Part shown: piece after piece, positions 38,057 to 48,544 of the stretch | Numbering within the stretch: the stretch's first letter is position 1 | How the letters are laid out: each line of letters starts with the position of its first letter | Origin: Nitrospinaceae bacterium | GTDB lineage: Bacteria; Nitrospinota; Nitrospinia; Nitrospinales; Nitrospinaceae | DNA: 64,000 nt | Assembly (NCBI GenBank): GCA_965223665.1 | Contig: OZ245011.1 | Span: 1,504,001-1,568,000 of the forward strand | Direction of reading: 5' to 3' | The notes under the pieces: generated by a model | What the model was told of the DNA's origin: nothing | The model's input: the letters and a program-made list of their open reading frames with translations, nothing else | Database searches by the model: none | Program-made: the position numbers and the translations under genes

Positions 38057-41000
38057 ATGAAATTTTATATTCCACTGGAGAAATCCAATAAACTGAAAAC
38101 AGGGTTACGTCTGATACTGCTTGTTGTCATTCTACTTTGTGGGCATCTAACTCTTTCCGTTGCAGGACCTCCTTCCAACAATCCGGAAGTCGCCCCTCAA
38201 AACATCATCTGCGACCAGGCTCCCTGGAACAGAAAGGACGACCTGGACCAACGTGCCGAGGGAATTCGAAAGGCAAGCGAGTGGGCCTCGCCGACGTCCA
38301 ACCCTGACTACCCGATAAGCAAGCTCTCCGGCGTATGGAAATTCCAACTGGAAGACCTTGCCTCTGGCGGCGGAACTGCCAATGAGGGGCGCTTGGTTTT
38401 CTATCAAGACAAGCCAGGCCAAACCAATGCAAAATGGCTCGTCAGTGGAAAACGATGGGGACACCAAACCATCACGAAGGAAAAACCGCATGACATCCCT
38501 CCGGGCTTTATCAATGTAACGGCCAGCGGGAACTTCAAGATACCACAACCCCAGCACTATCCATTTCCGGAAATCTCAGCGCGCTTCGACCCCGCCAACC
38601 CGGACAATTTCACCGGTACCTGGTCACTTATCTGGAGAGGCAAAACGTTTAAGACCGGTAAAGCGACTTTCACGCGCATTGTACCGAAAATCACCAAAGT
38701 AAAATATATATCGACTCTAAAGCATGAGGTCGGGGCCGATGAAATCGGGTGCGCCGCACCCAAATACAGGGGATGGGGGAAAGGCAACAATATGCCGGGA
38801 AACCGGCCCACCTTTAATGTAGAAATTTACGGTGAAAATTTTTTCTGGCATGCAGAGAAACACTACAAGATTTTTATTGACCCGGAAACCGGCCTGCAAG
38901 TCACCTCCGGTTATCCAAAAGTCATTTTTGCTCGCAATCCCAATGGCAAACCGGATCTCTCAAAAGTCGTTGGCCTGCTCGTGAATTTCACGATCTGGTC
39001 CCAATCCAAATGGGGACCAAAAAGATTTTTCGTAGAAGGCCAGCCCATCACTTTTGACTTTTATGTTAAGCCTCAATATTACTATCAGGTGAATCCCGTC
39101 GATCTGCAACTCATCGAAGGACATTTTCCGGAAAAGCCTTTCGTCAACCAGCCCACCAACGTAGGGTTTCGGCTGGTCTATCTACCCGGTCATAAGGCAA
39201 AACACACCGAACTCGACCTGGAGTTTCTGGATGCCAAAGATTTCAGCCCCGCTCAAGAAATCAAAATTAGAGATAAAGCATGTAAGCTTACAGGCAACGA
39301 AACAGTGCGCTGCTCTTTTGATGAGACCGCGATTGCTGGTTTAGAGGAAATCGAGTTCGAAATTCCCATGCCGGCAGGCGGCCTTCGATGGACGGCCCAA
39401 TGGAAAACCAAAGGGGATGACCCGGATGGACACCTGCGCGTTGGCGTTATTCAACCGGAGCCTTCGCCCCGGATACTGCACACTTTTTCGCTGAGCAACC
39501 AAACCGGCGCCTTTCGACCCCAGACTCGAGATTATCTCTTTCCCTACACAGGCACCGGAGGCGTCCAACAAAAACGTGAAATCATAATATTCGGTAACAA
39601 CCTTCCGCAGAAATTTGGCGACGAAGCGCGGATTCAATCTCTCGATCCGTCCATTTCCTACTTACCTCGCTACGGTACGGCGTACCAAAACCGGTATGAC
39701 GCTGCCTGGGAGGATTTGTCCAAACGGTTCAAAACTCCTGTCCCAAAACTAAAGACCGGACATCAGCTTCTGCTACTGGAAGCGAAAGTTAAGGGGAAGA
39801 TCTTACCGGGTGAGAAATCGCTTAAACTGAATGACGCCACTGCAAGTTGGGACCTTCGGTTTGGCGGACTCAAAGCCAACTTGGAATTTATTCGGGAAGT
39901 CGGGGACCAACCCGCTGAAGTTCTGGATAGCGCCTACGTTCCCGAGCGGGTTCGCATCCGTGTCACCACCTCTTCGCCACTTCCTCTCGATCATATTCCG
40001 CTGATTCTCCATTTGCAGCGCACCAATCGAAATCCGGAGCCATTGAGAATAGCTCGTGGCGAACCTTCTGCGACGACGTTAAATAAAATTTCACTCACAG
40101 CAACTACCACCGCCGGCAACCCCACGGTTTATCTTTCCGAACCGATTCGTATGATTGACAAGGGCAACCCACGTCTCAGCCCTCCACCGCGTCCCGGCGA
40201 CATCCCGGTTGAAATTTTCAACAACAGTCGTGGGCCTGATCAGCTGGCCGTGGAGATCAAACCGAGTTTCGCTAAAAAATCATTTTTGATGCCGATCCTT
40301 CCGGCAAGCGCCGCCCTTCCCATTTCAAGCACTCCCGCGCGGCATCGTTCCGCAAGAGATCCGATTCAAACCTCCGATTACCTCTTTAAAAGCGCGCTCC
40401 AAAGAGCCGCCCAGTGTCGGAAAGATATCAAAGTAGAGAGTTGGGATGCACTTTCCCTGGAGCAGGCCGAAGCCTTTTATAATCTTGTTATCTTCACCCA
40501 TGGCGATCACCTGCGAAGGACGAAAGTCCGGTTTGCCCATCATGCCGCTATGCTCTTGATGCGCGACAGGTTTATCGAACTGTTGAACGACCAAATGTTA
40601 AAAAATAACCAAGTCCTGGGAAGTCAACTCGCCCTTAAAGGATTTATGAAGATCATGCGCCTGGAGATGGATAACGACTCCATTCCCATTAATCGTATAA
40701 AAGTTTCGGCACCTGATGGGTCTATAGTTTCTTATGGAGGGATGCCGCTCTATGAGAACCTGGATTTTCTTGCAAAAAAATTCAACAAGACTCCTCAGGA
40801 GATTGCCAAATGGCGGCTGGCTGCTACTGCGGAGGCGATTGCGCGAATTGGCGGGGCCGCCAGCGAAGCCGCGGCAAAGGCCCGCCAGGTGGACCCCTGC
40901 GATATTGAAGGGTTGCTGAAACTTACGGGGAGAGGATTTGAAGCGGTCCAGTCTCAATTAAAACCGCGCCTGATGCGACTGGTGGAAACGCGAGATCCCG

Positions 41001-42829
41001 GTAACCGGCAAAGGCGACTTTACTGGGAGCCCGACCTCGCCGCACGTTACTGGATCAAAGACGTTGCAAGGGTTCTGAAACGTTTGGAAGCTCAACGGCA
41101 AACTGCTAGAGACGACAACACCCGTTTGACGGTACTATTCAGCATAGTAACAGCTCCGATTATTGCAGGAGGGACATCCATCACCTCTATCCTCCTGACA
41201 GGGGCGAATTTAACCTTGCTTGGTGCAGATACCGCAGGGGAATGGGCGAAGGTGTATGAAAGTAATATCGAACTGGATTTTTCACGGGACGCCGCGGTGG
41301 TGCTTGGCTTTTCGCGCAACCAGGCGGCAGTGAAAAAAGCCGTCACCTGGCAAAACGCTTACAACAAAACACTGTTGGCTCTCGGGTTGGCAACGATCGA
41401 TTTGTTTCAAGTCAAAGAAGCGGTTGCTACCGGATTGTTTCGATCCAAAGAAATATTTCTTAAGGGGCGTTTAAGCGTTCGAAATTTACCGGAAGGTGGT
41501 TTAAGAGCACTGAGCATTCCCGAACAGCGCAACGTGATGATTTTCGCTTTACGCGCCAGAGTGCGCGCATTGACCCAGGGCGCGGAAGCATTGGATCCCC
41601 TGGAACGTCAGGCGCTCCTGCTGATGGATGACGAATTTCGTTCGGCGAAAACAGCCTTGATCCAGGAGACAGATAGTTCGAGAACTCTGGGTTTTGGCGA
41701 TGTACTCCCCTTGCCCCAACCTTTGGGCCCGAAAACCGCAATGGTTCGTTTCGAACCGGTGGATCTCGCCGCCGCAAGAGCCGGCCGTATCCCGGAACCC
41801 GGTTCTGAACCCATTGCCATACAAATGGCCCGCGCCGGAGGGGAACCGGGAAGTTCCAGCACAGTTCTTTCCGGAACTGCACCCCTGTGGCGGCACACCG
41901 GAAATCGCCCGCCACCTTTGGTGGACGACCCACTGGACCTGGCATTATTTAAATCAACCACCATGGAAGAAAGAATTCAAGCGCTGTGGCAAAAAGAAAT
42001 CATCCTGTCGTTAAGAAATCAAGCGGACCGGATCATCATAAAACTGGGAGAAGCCGTGGGCTGGGGATCTTTCAAAGGGGTGTTCGCCCATGATGTTCCC
42101 TGGGAGGAATTTCCCACAGTGGCCAAGTTAGCCTTCGAATCAGGACACGGAAAAGCAGAAGTGATTGGCAAAGCCCTGTTGAAAGAAGTCAATTCCAATA
42201 ATATTGTTCTGCCGCGCGAAGTTTTTCGCGCGGATATTCCGGCGGATGTGGTGGGTCATCAGCGTCACTTTACCCATGTGGCGATTGTTGAACGGCTGGA
42301 AGGCACAGCCAAAGAGATTGTCAAAAATAATCCTGGCGGAGTCATGACTAGAGCCCAACGTGATGTCTATAAGGACGCCCTGGATGACATCAATGATTCG
42401 GGAATCGTCTGGCTGGATTGCAAACGAGACCAGTTCACCTGGGTCGAACGTGACGATCAGCTCAAGCTGGGCATATTAGATTACGGTAATTTTTTTCGCG
42501 TCAAAGGAGGCGATCCGAAACTGGCCCGTGAGATCCAGAACGTGGTGAACGGTCCGATTGACCCGGTCATTAAAGAACTGGAACGCTTGGGACGCTACTC
42601 GCCCGACCTGCGTACTTTCAGTCCTCACAATTTGAATGAGACTTTAAACTCGGTTCGCGCTCGCGGATTGCGATTTGAGTTGATCACCACAAAATATGCC
42701 GACGCCTTCGAAAACCTGGAAGAGTTTGGCATCACCCATATCCGGCAATTTGATTTTGCCCCTGTGGCAGGAGATCAGTTTTCTCAGAAGGCGGCTTATA
42801 TGTTCACTAAAGAAAAACGCCTGAAATAA
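38057..42829 (+). CDS. 1590-aa secreted multidomain protein with C-terminal protein-kinase-like domain
   Basis: Signal peptide; beta-rich N-half; hydrophobic stretch VLFSIVTAPIIAGG...LLGA; LGEAVGWGSFKGVF, VAK, IVERLEG, WLDCKRDQF, ILDYG. Confidence 0.8.
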   Translation: MKFYIPLEKSNKLKTGLRLILLVVILLCGHLTLSVAGPPSNNPEVAPQNIICDQAPWNRKDDLDQRAEGIRKASEWASPTSNPDYPISKLSGVWKFQLEDLASGGGTANEGRLVFYQDKPGQTNAKWLVSGKRWGHQTITKEKPHDIPPGFINVTASGNFKIPQPQHYPFPEISARFDPANPDNFTGTWSLIWRGKTFKTGKATFTRIVPKITKVKYISTLKHEVGADEIGCAAPKYRGWGKGNNMPGNRPTFNVEIYGENFFWHAEKHYKIFIDPETGLQVTSGYPKVIFARNPNGKPDLSKVVGLLVNFTIWSQSKWGPKRFFVEGQPITFDFYVKPQYYYQVNPVDLQLIEGHFPEKPFVNQPTNVGFRLVYLPGHKAKHTELDLEFLDAKDFSPAQEIKIRDKACKLTGNETVRCSFDETAIAGLEEIEFEIPMPAGGLRWTAQWKTKGDDPDGHLRVGVIQPEPSPRILHTFSLSNQTGAFRPQTRDYLFPYTGTGGVQQKREIIIFGNNLPQKFGDEARIQSLDPSISYLPRYGTAYQNRYDAAWEDLSKRFKTPVPKLKTGHQLLLLEAKVKGKILPGEKSLKLNDATASWDLRFGGLKANLEFIREVGDQPAEVLDSAYVPERVRIRVTTSSPLPLDHIPLILHLQRTNRNPEPLRIARGEPSATTLNKISLTATTTAGNPTVYLSEPIRMIDKGNPRLSPPPRPGDIPVEIFNNSRGPDQLAVEIKPSFAKKSFLMPILPASAALPISSTPARHRSARDPIQTSDYLFKSALQRAAQCRKDIKVESWDALSLEQAEAFYNLVIFTHGDHLRRTKVRFAHHAAMLLMRDRFIELLNDQMLKNNQVLGSQLALKGFMKIMRLEMDNDSIPINRIKVSAPDGSIVSYGGMPLYENLDFLAKKFNKTPQEIAKWRLAATAEAIARIGGAASEAAAKARQVDPCDIEGLLKLTGRGFEAVQSQLKPRLMRLVETRDPGNRQRRLYWEPDLAARYWIKDVARVLKRLEAQRQTARDDNTRLTVLFSIVTAPIIAGGTSITSILLTGANLTLLGADTAGEWAKVYESNIELDFSRDAAVVLGFSRNQAAVKKAVTWQNAYNKTLLALGLATIDLFQVKEAVATGLFRSKEIFLKGRLSVRNLPEGGLRALSIPEQRNVMIFALRARVRALTQGAEALDPLERQALLLMDDEFRSAKTALIQETDSSRTLGFGDVLPLPQPLGPKTAMVRFEPVDLAAARAGRIPEPGSEPIAIQMARAGGEPGSSSTVLSGTAPLWRHTGNRPPPLVDDPLDLALFKSTTMEERIQALWQKEIILSLRNQADRIIIKLGEAVGWGSFKGVFAHDVPWEEFPTVAKLAFESGHGKAEVIGKALLKEVNSNNIVLPREVFRADIPADVVGHQRHFTHVAIVERLEGTAKEIVKNNPGGVMTRAQRDVYKDALDDINDSGIVWLDCKRDQFTWVERDDQLKLGILDYGNFFRVKGGDPKLAREIQNVVNGPIDPVIKELERLGRYSPDLRTFSPHNLNETLNSVRARGLRFELITTKYADAFENLEEFGITHIRQFDFAPVAGDQFSQKAAYMFTKEKRLK

Positions 42830-42949
42830 AGCCCCCCACGATAGATGCAATAACAACGATTAAAACATAAAGGGAGAGCTGGCGGGCACTTCTGACCGGG
42901 ATTATATTTATTATAGGGGCATTGTTGACTCTTTAATTAAAGGAATCCT

Positions 42950-43414
42950 ATGAAAAAATTTTTATTGTTGATTGGTTTCATCTTTTTAGTCTCTATAGGA
43001 ATACTCAGCACTCCTGCCTTTGCCATTGAATTAACCGATCCTCCCGAATGCCCACAGTCTCGAGAAAACACTCCGAAGGCACCGGATGATTATTACAACA
43101 AAACCAATCCGCTGGAAAAAACCGCAAAGAATATTAAGAAAGGGAAATTGCTCTACATGGTCAGAGCCAAAACGCTTCAGTGTAAACATTGCCATGGACT
43201 AAAGGGAGATGGACTGGGAGGAATGGCTCCCGAAAGTTTTCCCAATCCAAGAAATTTCACGTGCGCCCAAACCATGAAAACCATCCCGGACGGCCAGCTC
43301 TTTTGGGCCATCACTCACGGCGTCCAACATACCTCCATGCCCTCCTACGATAATTTAAAGGAGAGACAAATCTGGCAGTTGGTAATGTACATTCGAGAGT
43401 TTGCCAAGGAATAA
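42950..43414 (+). CDS. Monoheme cytochrome c
   Basis: Signal peptide, CKHCHG.KGDG.G, PRNFT, DGQLFWAI..G...TSMP. Confidence 0.93.
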   Translation: MKKFLLLIGFIFLVSIGILSTPAFAIELTDPPECPQSRENTPKAPDDYYNKTNPLEKTAKNIKKGKLLYMVRAKTLQCKHCHGLKGDGLGGMAPESFPNPRNFTCAQTMKTIPDGQLFWAITHGVQHTSMPSYDNLKERQIWQLVMYIREFAKE

Positions 43415-43455
43415 AAATTAGAATAATCCAAATTTTACTGGGACCTGCCCTGCAA

Positions 43456-43532
43456 GCAAAAAGGTTTTGATTTCAAATCCCCTGCTCTTCCCTAAAAACC
43501 TGTTGCCCATCTCGTTTCGGCCCCTTATCCTG
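43456..43532 (+). promoter_or_regulatory. Duplicated sigma70-like promoter block, copy 1
   Basis: TTGCCC-N17-TATCCT inside a ~75-bp near-identical repeat of 46686-46764. Confidence 0.7.
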
Positions 43533-43594
43533 AAAGAGTTGTCAATCTAATGCAAGTCTACACAATTTTTATTCTCAGGCATGAAGGTTTCTCA

Positions 43595-44407
43595 ATGAGC
43601 GAGTTAAATGAACCAGAACAACTTTTAAAAACGTTTATCGCAGCGATAGTCAACCATTCCACTCATGATACGGTTAAAATCTACAGAGAGCTTTATCAAT
43701 TAGGGGAGCCAATAATTCCGGCAATTGAGACACAACTCCTGGGTTACACATGGGAAAACATTGACAATAAAGTCCAGGTAGAAATTCTCTCTACTCTTCT
43801 GAGTTTGGTGAATGACATAAACGAGGAGAGCGCCAGGGAACTCGGAAAAAAAATACAAAATAAAGGCTGTAACGCTGTTGTTAAGGTGAAAATTAAATCG
43901 ATATTAGCTTTTTCATTGAATGATTTCAGAAATTATCAGATACAAGAAGTAGAGATTTACCAATTAAAGAGTCTGGATCATGATTCCAGAATAAAGAATA
44001 AAATGATTTCATGGCTATCAAGTGTCTCTAATGAAGACCTTAAAAAGATCGAACGTCTCTATATTATTCCTGCCGACGCTAAATATAGCGGCACCTACAT
44101 GCCAATGCTTTGCAAAATAATGATCGTTTGGGATTGCTCCTATTCTGAATATAATCCGCTTTCGTATTTTCGATTACTCCGCATCGAACATACTCTTTAT
44201 CATGAAATTGGCCACCATGTTCACCGCCATACTTTTGGACAGCACCCGGAACAGGAGAAAGAAGCAGATCGTTACGCAAAGATATTAATGAGAAAGAACC
44301 ATCCTATTCTATATAGGATTGCTAAAACAGTGAAATGTATTTTTGGATATAGAAAGTCCTATCAGAAGATAAACAACCTCATTATTTCTAGTCACAATGG
44401 GCTCTAA
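43595..44407 (+). CDS. Hypothetical protein with HExxH zinc-peptidase motif
   Basis: TLYHEIGHH...EKEADRYA. Confidence 0.75.
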   Translation: MSELNEPEQLLKTFIAAIVNHSTHDTVKIYRELYQLGEPIIPAIETQLLGYTWENIDNKVQVEILSTLLSLVNDINEESARELGKKIQNKGCNAVVKVKIKSILAFSLNDFRNYQIQEVEIYQLKSLDHDSRIKNKMISWLSSVSNEDLKKIERLYIIPADAKYSGTYMPMLCKIMIVWDCSYSEYNPLSYFRLLRIEHTLYHEIGHHVHRHTFGQHPEQEKEADRYAKILMRKNHPILYRIAKTVKCIFGYRKSYQKINNLIISSHNGL

Positions 44408-44448
44408 TCAGAAAATATAGCTACCTTGTGTCAAAAAACGGGCTTACA

Positions 44449-45789
44449 ATGAATACTATGAATTGGTTAAATTTTTTCATCATAATATTGTTCTTGGTAT
44501 TACCTATGGAAGCACTGGGTAACGGGGGTCCAGTGGACTGGACTCGTGCCTCCTCCGCTGGAGACATCCGTCCTCAGCAACAACAAAGCGTGACTCTGAA
44601 TGAGGAGCACTTGAAAATATCACTGCACCTCAAGGAATATACTGTAACCGCTTCATACAAACTGGTTTCAGAAACGTCGAAAAAAGTAAAATTTGGCGTC
44701 CCTATGATTTGGCTGAAATACCAGTTCGAAAATGAAGAAATACCAAAACTTCCTCAAGATTACAAAAAAATAAAACTTCAACTTAATGGGAAAAACGTAG
44801 GTTGCAAACCCAAACTTTCCAAAGAACCAACAGAATTGAGTTCCCACCCGATTCCTGGTTTGTATAACTCAAAACCTGCACCTGTTCCCGCCAGAGCCTG
44901 GTGCCTTGCAGATTTGAATTTCGTTAAGGGAGAAAATGTATTAAAGATGAACTATTCGGCAAGTTATTGGTTTGAGGATTATGAATTTTCCAAAAGCCCC
45001 ATAACGGAATTCAGCTCCCGGGTTCTTTATTATCCATTTTCGCCCGCTGGATTTTGGAAAGGCTTGATTTCAAAAATAAAGATCGAATTGGATCTGGGCC
45101 CTTACAGGCATCTTCAGTCTGTCCATTTATCTCCATTTAAACTTGAAAGTCAAGGGCAACATTTAACAGGAATAGGCAGGAACCTTGACCTGAAGATGAT
45201 ATCGCCTCTCGTTTTGTCACTCAATCCTGATCCTGCCGCAAAAAACCAGCTGATTCACTGGAATTCCCTGAAAGATAAAGATTATTCCAGGATAATGGCG
45301 GAACCAAATGCATCGAGCACCTTAAAAGGCAACTATAGGGCCAAAAACCTTATGGATGGCGACCCGGATACTGCCTGGTGTGAAGGCAAACCTGGCCATG
45401 GCATAGGAGAGTGGGTCGAATTCTATATTCCCAAAGATGCCAAACAATATGTAACCTGCAGGTATTACGGAGTCGCCCTCACGCAGGGATATCTGAAGCA
45501 GCAAACAACGTTCGAAAACAATGGTCGATTAAAGGAGGTCCGCCTCACCGAGTGCGGCGAAGAAGAACCATTTGCCACAGCCCATTTTAATGACACCCAA
45601 AGGCATGATCTTGCAGTTGATGTCATAAAGATCCAAAATTATCAGAATCCACAGGTATTAAGATTTATGAATAAAATAAGAGACGACCAACCTGTCTGTT
45701 TGAGATTAACAATCGATAAAGTTTATAAAGGTAAAAAATTTGAAGACACATGTATTTCCGAGGTGGCGATATTGCTTAATTGTGGTTAA
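44449..45789 (+). CDS. Secreted protein, DUF4424-like N-terminus + discoidin/NADase-type glycan-binding domain
   Basis: Signal peptide; ASSTL...NLMDGDPDTAWCEG..G.GIGEW, VYKGKKFEDTCISEV. Confidence 0.75.
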   Translation: MNTMNWLNFFIIILFLVLPMEALGNGGPVDWTRASSAGDIRPQQQQSVTLNEEHLKISLHLKEYTVTASYKLVSETSKKVKFGVPMIWLKYQFENEEIPKLPQDYKKIKLQLNGKNVGCKPKLSKEPTELSSHPIPGLYNSKPAPVPARAWCLADLNFVKGENVLKMNYSASYWFEDYEFSKSPITEFSSRVLYYPFSPAGFWKGLISKIKIELDLGPYRHLQSVHLSPFKLESQGQHLTGIGRNLDLKMISPLVLSLNPDPAAKNQLIHWNSLKDKDYSRIMAEPNASSTLKGNYRAKNLMDGDPDTAWCEGKPGHGIGEWVEFYIPKDAKQYVTCRYYGVALTQGYLKQQTTFENNGRLKEVRLTECGEEEPFATAHFNDTQRHDLAVDVIKIQNYQNPQVLRFMNKIRDDQPVCLRLTIDKVYKGKKFEDTCISEVAILLNCG

Positions 45790-46627
45790 CTTTATGCTGG
45801 TCCTCTCTGCGAATTTCTTATTTGCAGCTGACACTCATTTAAAAGCAAAAATCAACGGCAAGCCTTCCGAAATCATAAATCATACAATTTTTGTCAAATC
45901 AAGTGACCATCTGGAGATATATCTTCACGGTTATAAATCCGGTTTGCCTATAAGGTGGTATTGGGTCGAACCTCAGGCGAGAGATTACAATAATTTTGAA
46001 TACTGCGAAAAGAACCCAGGAGAAACCTGCAGTCAACCAATAGATTATAAAATAAAAGAAATTAAATCGCTTCTTAACCAAAGATATTTCAACTCCACGG
46101 CGATTCTGGAACCAAGAGGTGAAGGCACCTATTTCCTCCAATATAAATTTGAAGATACAAGCCGGGATGAGTCTAAATTCAGTTCGACGGATAAACCCCG
46201 AGGACTGCAGGTTGTGGTCCGGCGCGACGACTCCTATATCGGCTATTTGACCGAATTGAAGGGTCTCCCATTTGTGTATTGGCCAAAGGAATATAAAAGG
46301 AACAAGCACCAAACCGAATCAAGAATAGGAGCTGATTGCGTGGCGTTGGTCATATATGGTCAGAGAAGACTGGGGCGGAAAATTCGTTATTTTGCCCCTT
46401 CCGCCCTCAATAGATACACGATCAAAGTACCAGGAACCAAAGTCAAGCCGGGTGATATCTTACACTTTGGCTTTCAAACGGCGGTTCTAACCAAGGACAC
46501 TCCACCCTTGGGAAGAATAAATGCCTCAGACCTCATCATTCACTCCTACCATGGATTAGTTGAAGAGGTGATCTTCGCTGAACTCTCTTACAAGGCATCA
46601 GATTATTCCATTTTAAGATGGGACTAA
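45740..46627 (+). CDS. Hypothetical protein with NlpC/P60-like C-terminal segment (start uncertain)
   Basis: GADCVAL...KPGDILHF...LIIHS. Confidence 0.65.
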   Translation: MKTHVFPRWRYCLIVVNFMLVLSANFLFAADTHLKAKINGKPSEIINHTIFVKSSDHLEIYLHGYKSGLPIRWYWVEPQARDYNNFEYCEKNPGETCSQPIDYKIKEIKSLLNQRYFNSTAILEPRGEGTYFLQYKFEDTSRDESKFSSTDKPRGLQVVVRRDDSYIGYLTELKGLPFVYWPKEYKRNKHQTESRIGADCVALVIYGQRRLGRKIRYFAPSALNRYTIKVPGTKVKPGDILHFGFQTAVLTKDTPPLGRINASDLIIHSYHGLVEEVIFAELSYKASDYSILRWD

Positions 46628-46685
46628 GTCCTTTTCAATATTCGCCAATCCTATTAATTGATGCGAAGTTTGCATATATTCCTCC

Positions 46686-46764
46686 GCAGAAAAAGGTTTT
46701 GATTTCAAATCCCCTACTCTTCCCTAAAAACCTGTTGCCCATCCCGTTTCGGCCCCTTATCCTG
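46686..46764 (+). promoter_or_regulatory. Duplicated sigma70-like promoter block, copy 2
   Basis: TTGCCC-N17-TATCCT, ~30 bp upstream of ATG 46793. Confidence 0.7.
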
Positions 46765-46792
46765 TATAAAAGAAATTTTTTTGGAGTTTTAA

Positions 46793-48427
46793 ATGGGATT
46801 TGCGTTTCTCTGGCTGGAAACGTTGGCAACTGCACTTCTTCTGGTTTCCATTGTTATTTCATTCACTAAACAGATCAAAAAATGGCCAACTCTGGGACCC
46901 ATATTAATTGCATTGCTTCTCGGACTCCTTGGTATTTCTGCAACCGCGTTCTCTGGGATTTTGTTTTTTAAAAACATTCATCCCAAATGGTTATTTCCCT
47001 ATACCCTGTCCTGGACTTTAATCTTTTTTGTCACGTCCATACTTCTCATACGTTGGAGACGAAGTCCAATAGGAGCACCCGGAGCGGCTGCCTGGTCTCG
47101 CTTAAAACTGTTGGGCGGCCTTTTAATCGCAATTGTGCTTCAATGGAACACAATCACGGCTCTGGATAACGCCGCCAAACTGGAATTGGTAGCTGATCAA
47201 ACAAGAATTATGACCCGCGCCAAAACTATTCTTCCCTCCCCTCCAATCAGGGAGCAGGAAGCATCAGAAATTTACGAGCGAGCCTTCCAGGAAATGGGAA
47301 AAATTCCTGAATGGATTGGGAACTCAACCACGAATCCAATTTTTGATCCGGACTTTGATCCATTGAGCGAGCAAGCCCAAAGCCTTTTAGTGGAAAAGAA
47401 AAAAGCTATCCGTCTAATAAAAGAAGCAACCCGGAAACCCTATCTTTACCATCCTTTAGTTTTGACATTTGATATTGAGTTCCCGATTTTCTATAAATTT
47501 AAAAATGGCTCCGAACTATTGGCGCTAGAGGCTCGCTCCTTTGCAAAAAGGGGCAATATGTTGGAGGCTTTAAAAAATATTTCCTGTATAAATCAAATTG
47601 CCAAACACCTGAATCAAACCCCTACTTTGGTAAATGTTTTGATGGCAAGTGCAATTCATACGAAATCCAAAAAATCCCTGGAAATCATACTGGCTGAAAA
47701 ACACGGGGATTCAAAAGTAACTGTCCCATTACCTGTAAAAACAGATCAGCACTTATTGGATGCCTTTCGGGCAGCGATGGTATATGAAGAATCTTTCAGC
47801 GCTTTCGGTACAGCAGATCATTTTGTCAAAAGCGACCCTATTGATGAAAATGAGTCAATCGATGATTTCGAGTCCTTTTATGAATATTATCAATGGAAAT
47901 TTTTTGTAAGCATGTTGTACCGTATTTTTCTATCCCATGAGGACATCGTTTCCCGTGAACAATATTGGAAAGAACTTCATGATTTTTTTAAAAAGCCCTA
48001 TTACGAGACAAAAATAACTTCAGAAGAATGGCAGGAACAAATTCAAAAGAATATTGAATTCGGCTTTATCATGTCTGAGAACGATTCGTCATTTATCAGT
48101 TATTACAAGCGAGTCACAGAACAACAGACACAATTTCTATTGGCGCAATTGGGGCTGGCAACCGCTGCTTACTATTCCCATCATGGGAAATATCCAAATA
48201 CCCTGGAGGCTCTGGCACCCAAATACATCACGGAAATTCCTGTGGATCCTTTCAGCGGGAGCCCATTAAAAATGATCCCTTCAGAAAGCGGGTTGATTCT
48301 ATACGGTGTAGGACCCAATTTAAAGGACGACAAAGGTTCTTCATTTGAATCCGAAACCAAGGAGGGAGATATCGCCTTTTATCTCGGCTCTTCATTCAAA
48401 GCATACCGCCATAAACCTGCCATTTAA
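46793..48427 (+). CDS. Membrane-anchored hypothetical protein with C-terminal pseudopilin(GspG)-like motif
   Basis: 4 N-terminal TM; GKYPNTLEALAPKYITEIPVDPFSG, LYGVGPN..DD.G. Confidence 0.8.
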   Translation: MGFAFLWLETLATALLLVSIVISFTKQIKKWPTLGPILIALLLGLLGISATAFSGILFFKNIHPKWLFPYTLSWTLIFFVTSILLIRWRRSPIGAPGAAAWSRLKLLGGLLIAIVLQWNTITALDNAAKLELVADQTRIMTRAKTILPSPPIREQEASEIYERAFQEMGKIPEWIGNSTTNPIFDPDFDPLSEQAQSLLVEKKKAIRLIKEATRKPYLYHPLVLTFDIEFPIFYKFKNGSELLALEARSFAKRGNMLEALKNISCINQIAKHLNQTPTLVNVLMASAIHTKSKKSLEIILAEKHGDSKVTVPLPVKTDQHLLDAFRAAMVYEESFSAFGTADHFVKSDPIDENESIDDFESFYEYYQWKFFVSMLYRIFLSHEDIVSREQYWKELHDFFKKPYYETKITSEEWQEQIQKNIEFGFIMSENDSSFISYYKRVTEQQTQFLLAQLGLATAAYYSHHGKYPNTLEALAPKYITEIPVDPFSGSPLKMIPSESGLILYGVGPNLKDDKGSSFESETKEGDIAFYLGSSFKAYRHKPAI

Positions 48428-48445
48428 AAATTATCAAAGGAGTTG

Positions 48446-48483
48446 CAGGAAGACAGGCCTCGCCGGGCGAGGCCGTGCTCCTG
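48446..48483. terminator. Stem-loop between convergent genes
   Basis: CAGGA...GGCCTCGC-CGG-GCGAGGCC...TCCTG. Confidence 0.5.
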
Positions 48484-48544
48484 ATACAATGCGTGTTGAC
48501 TCAATAAACCCTCAATAAAAAATTCCACTTTGAAATAGAATTTT

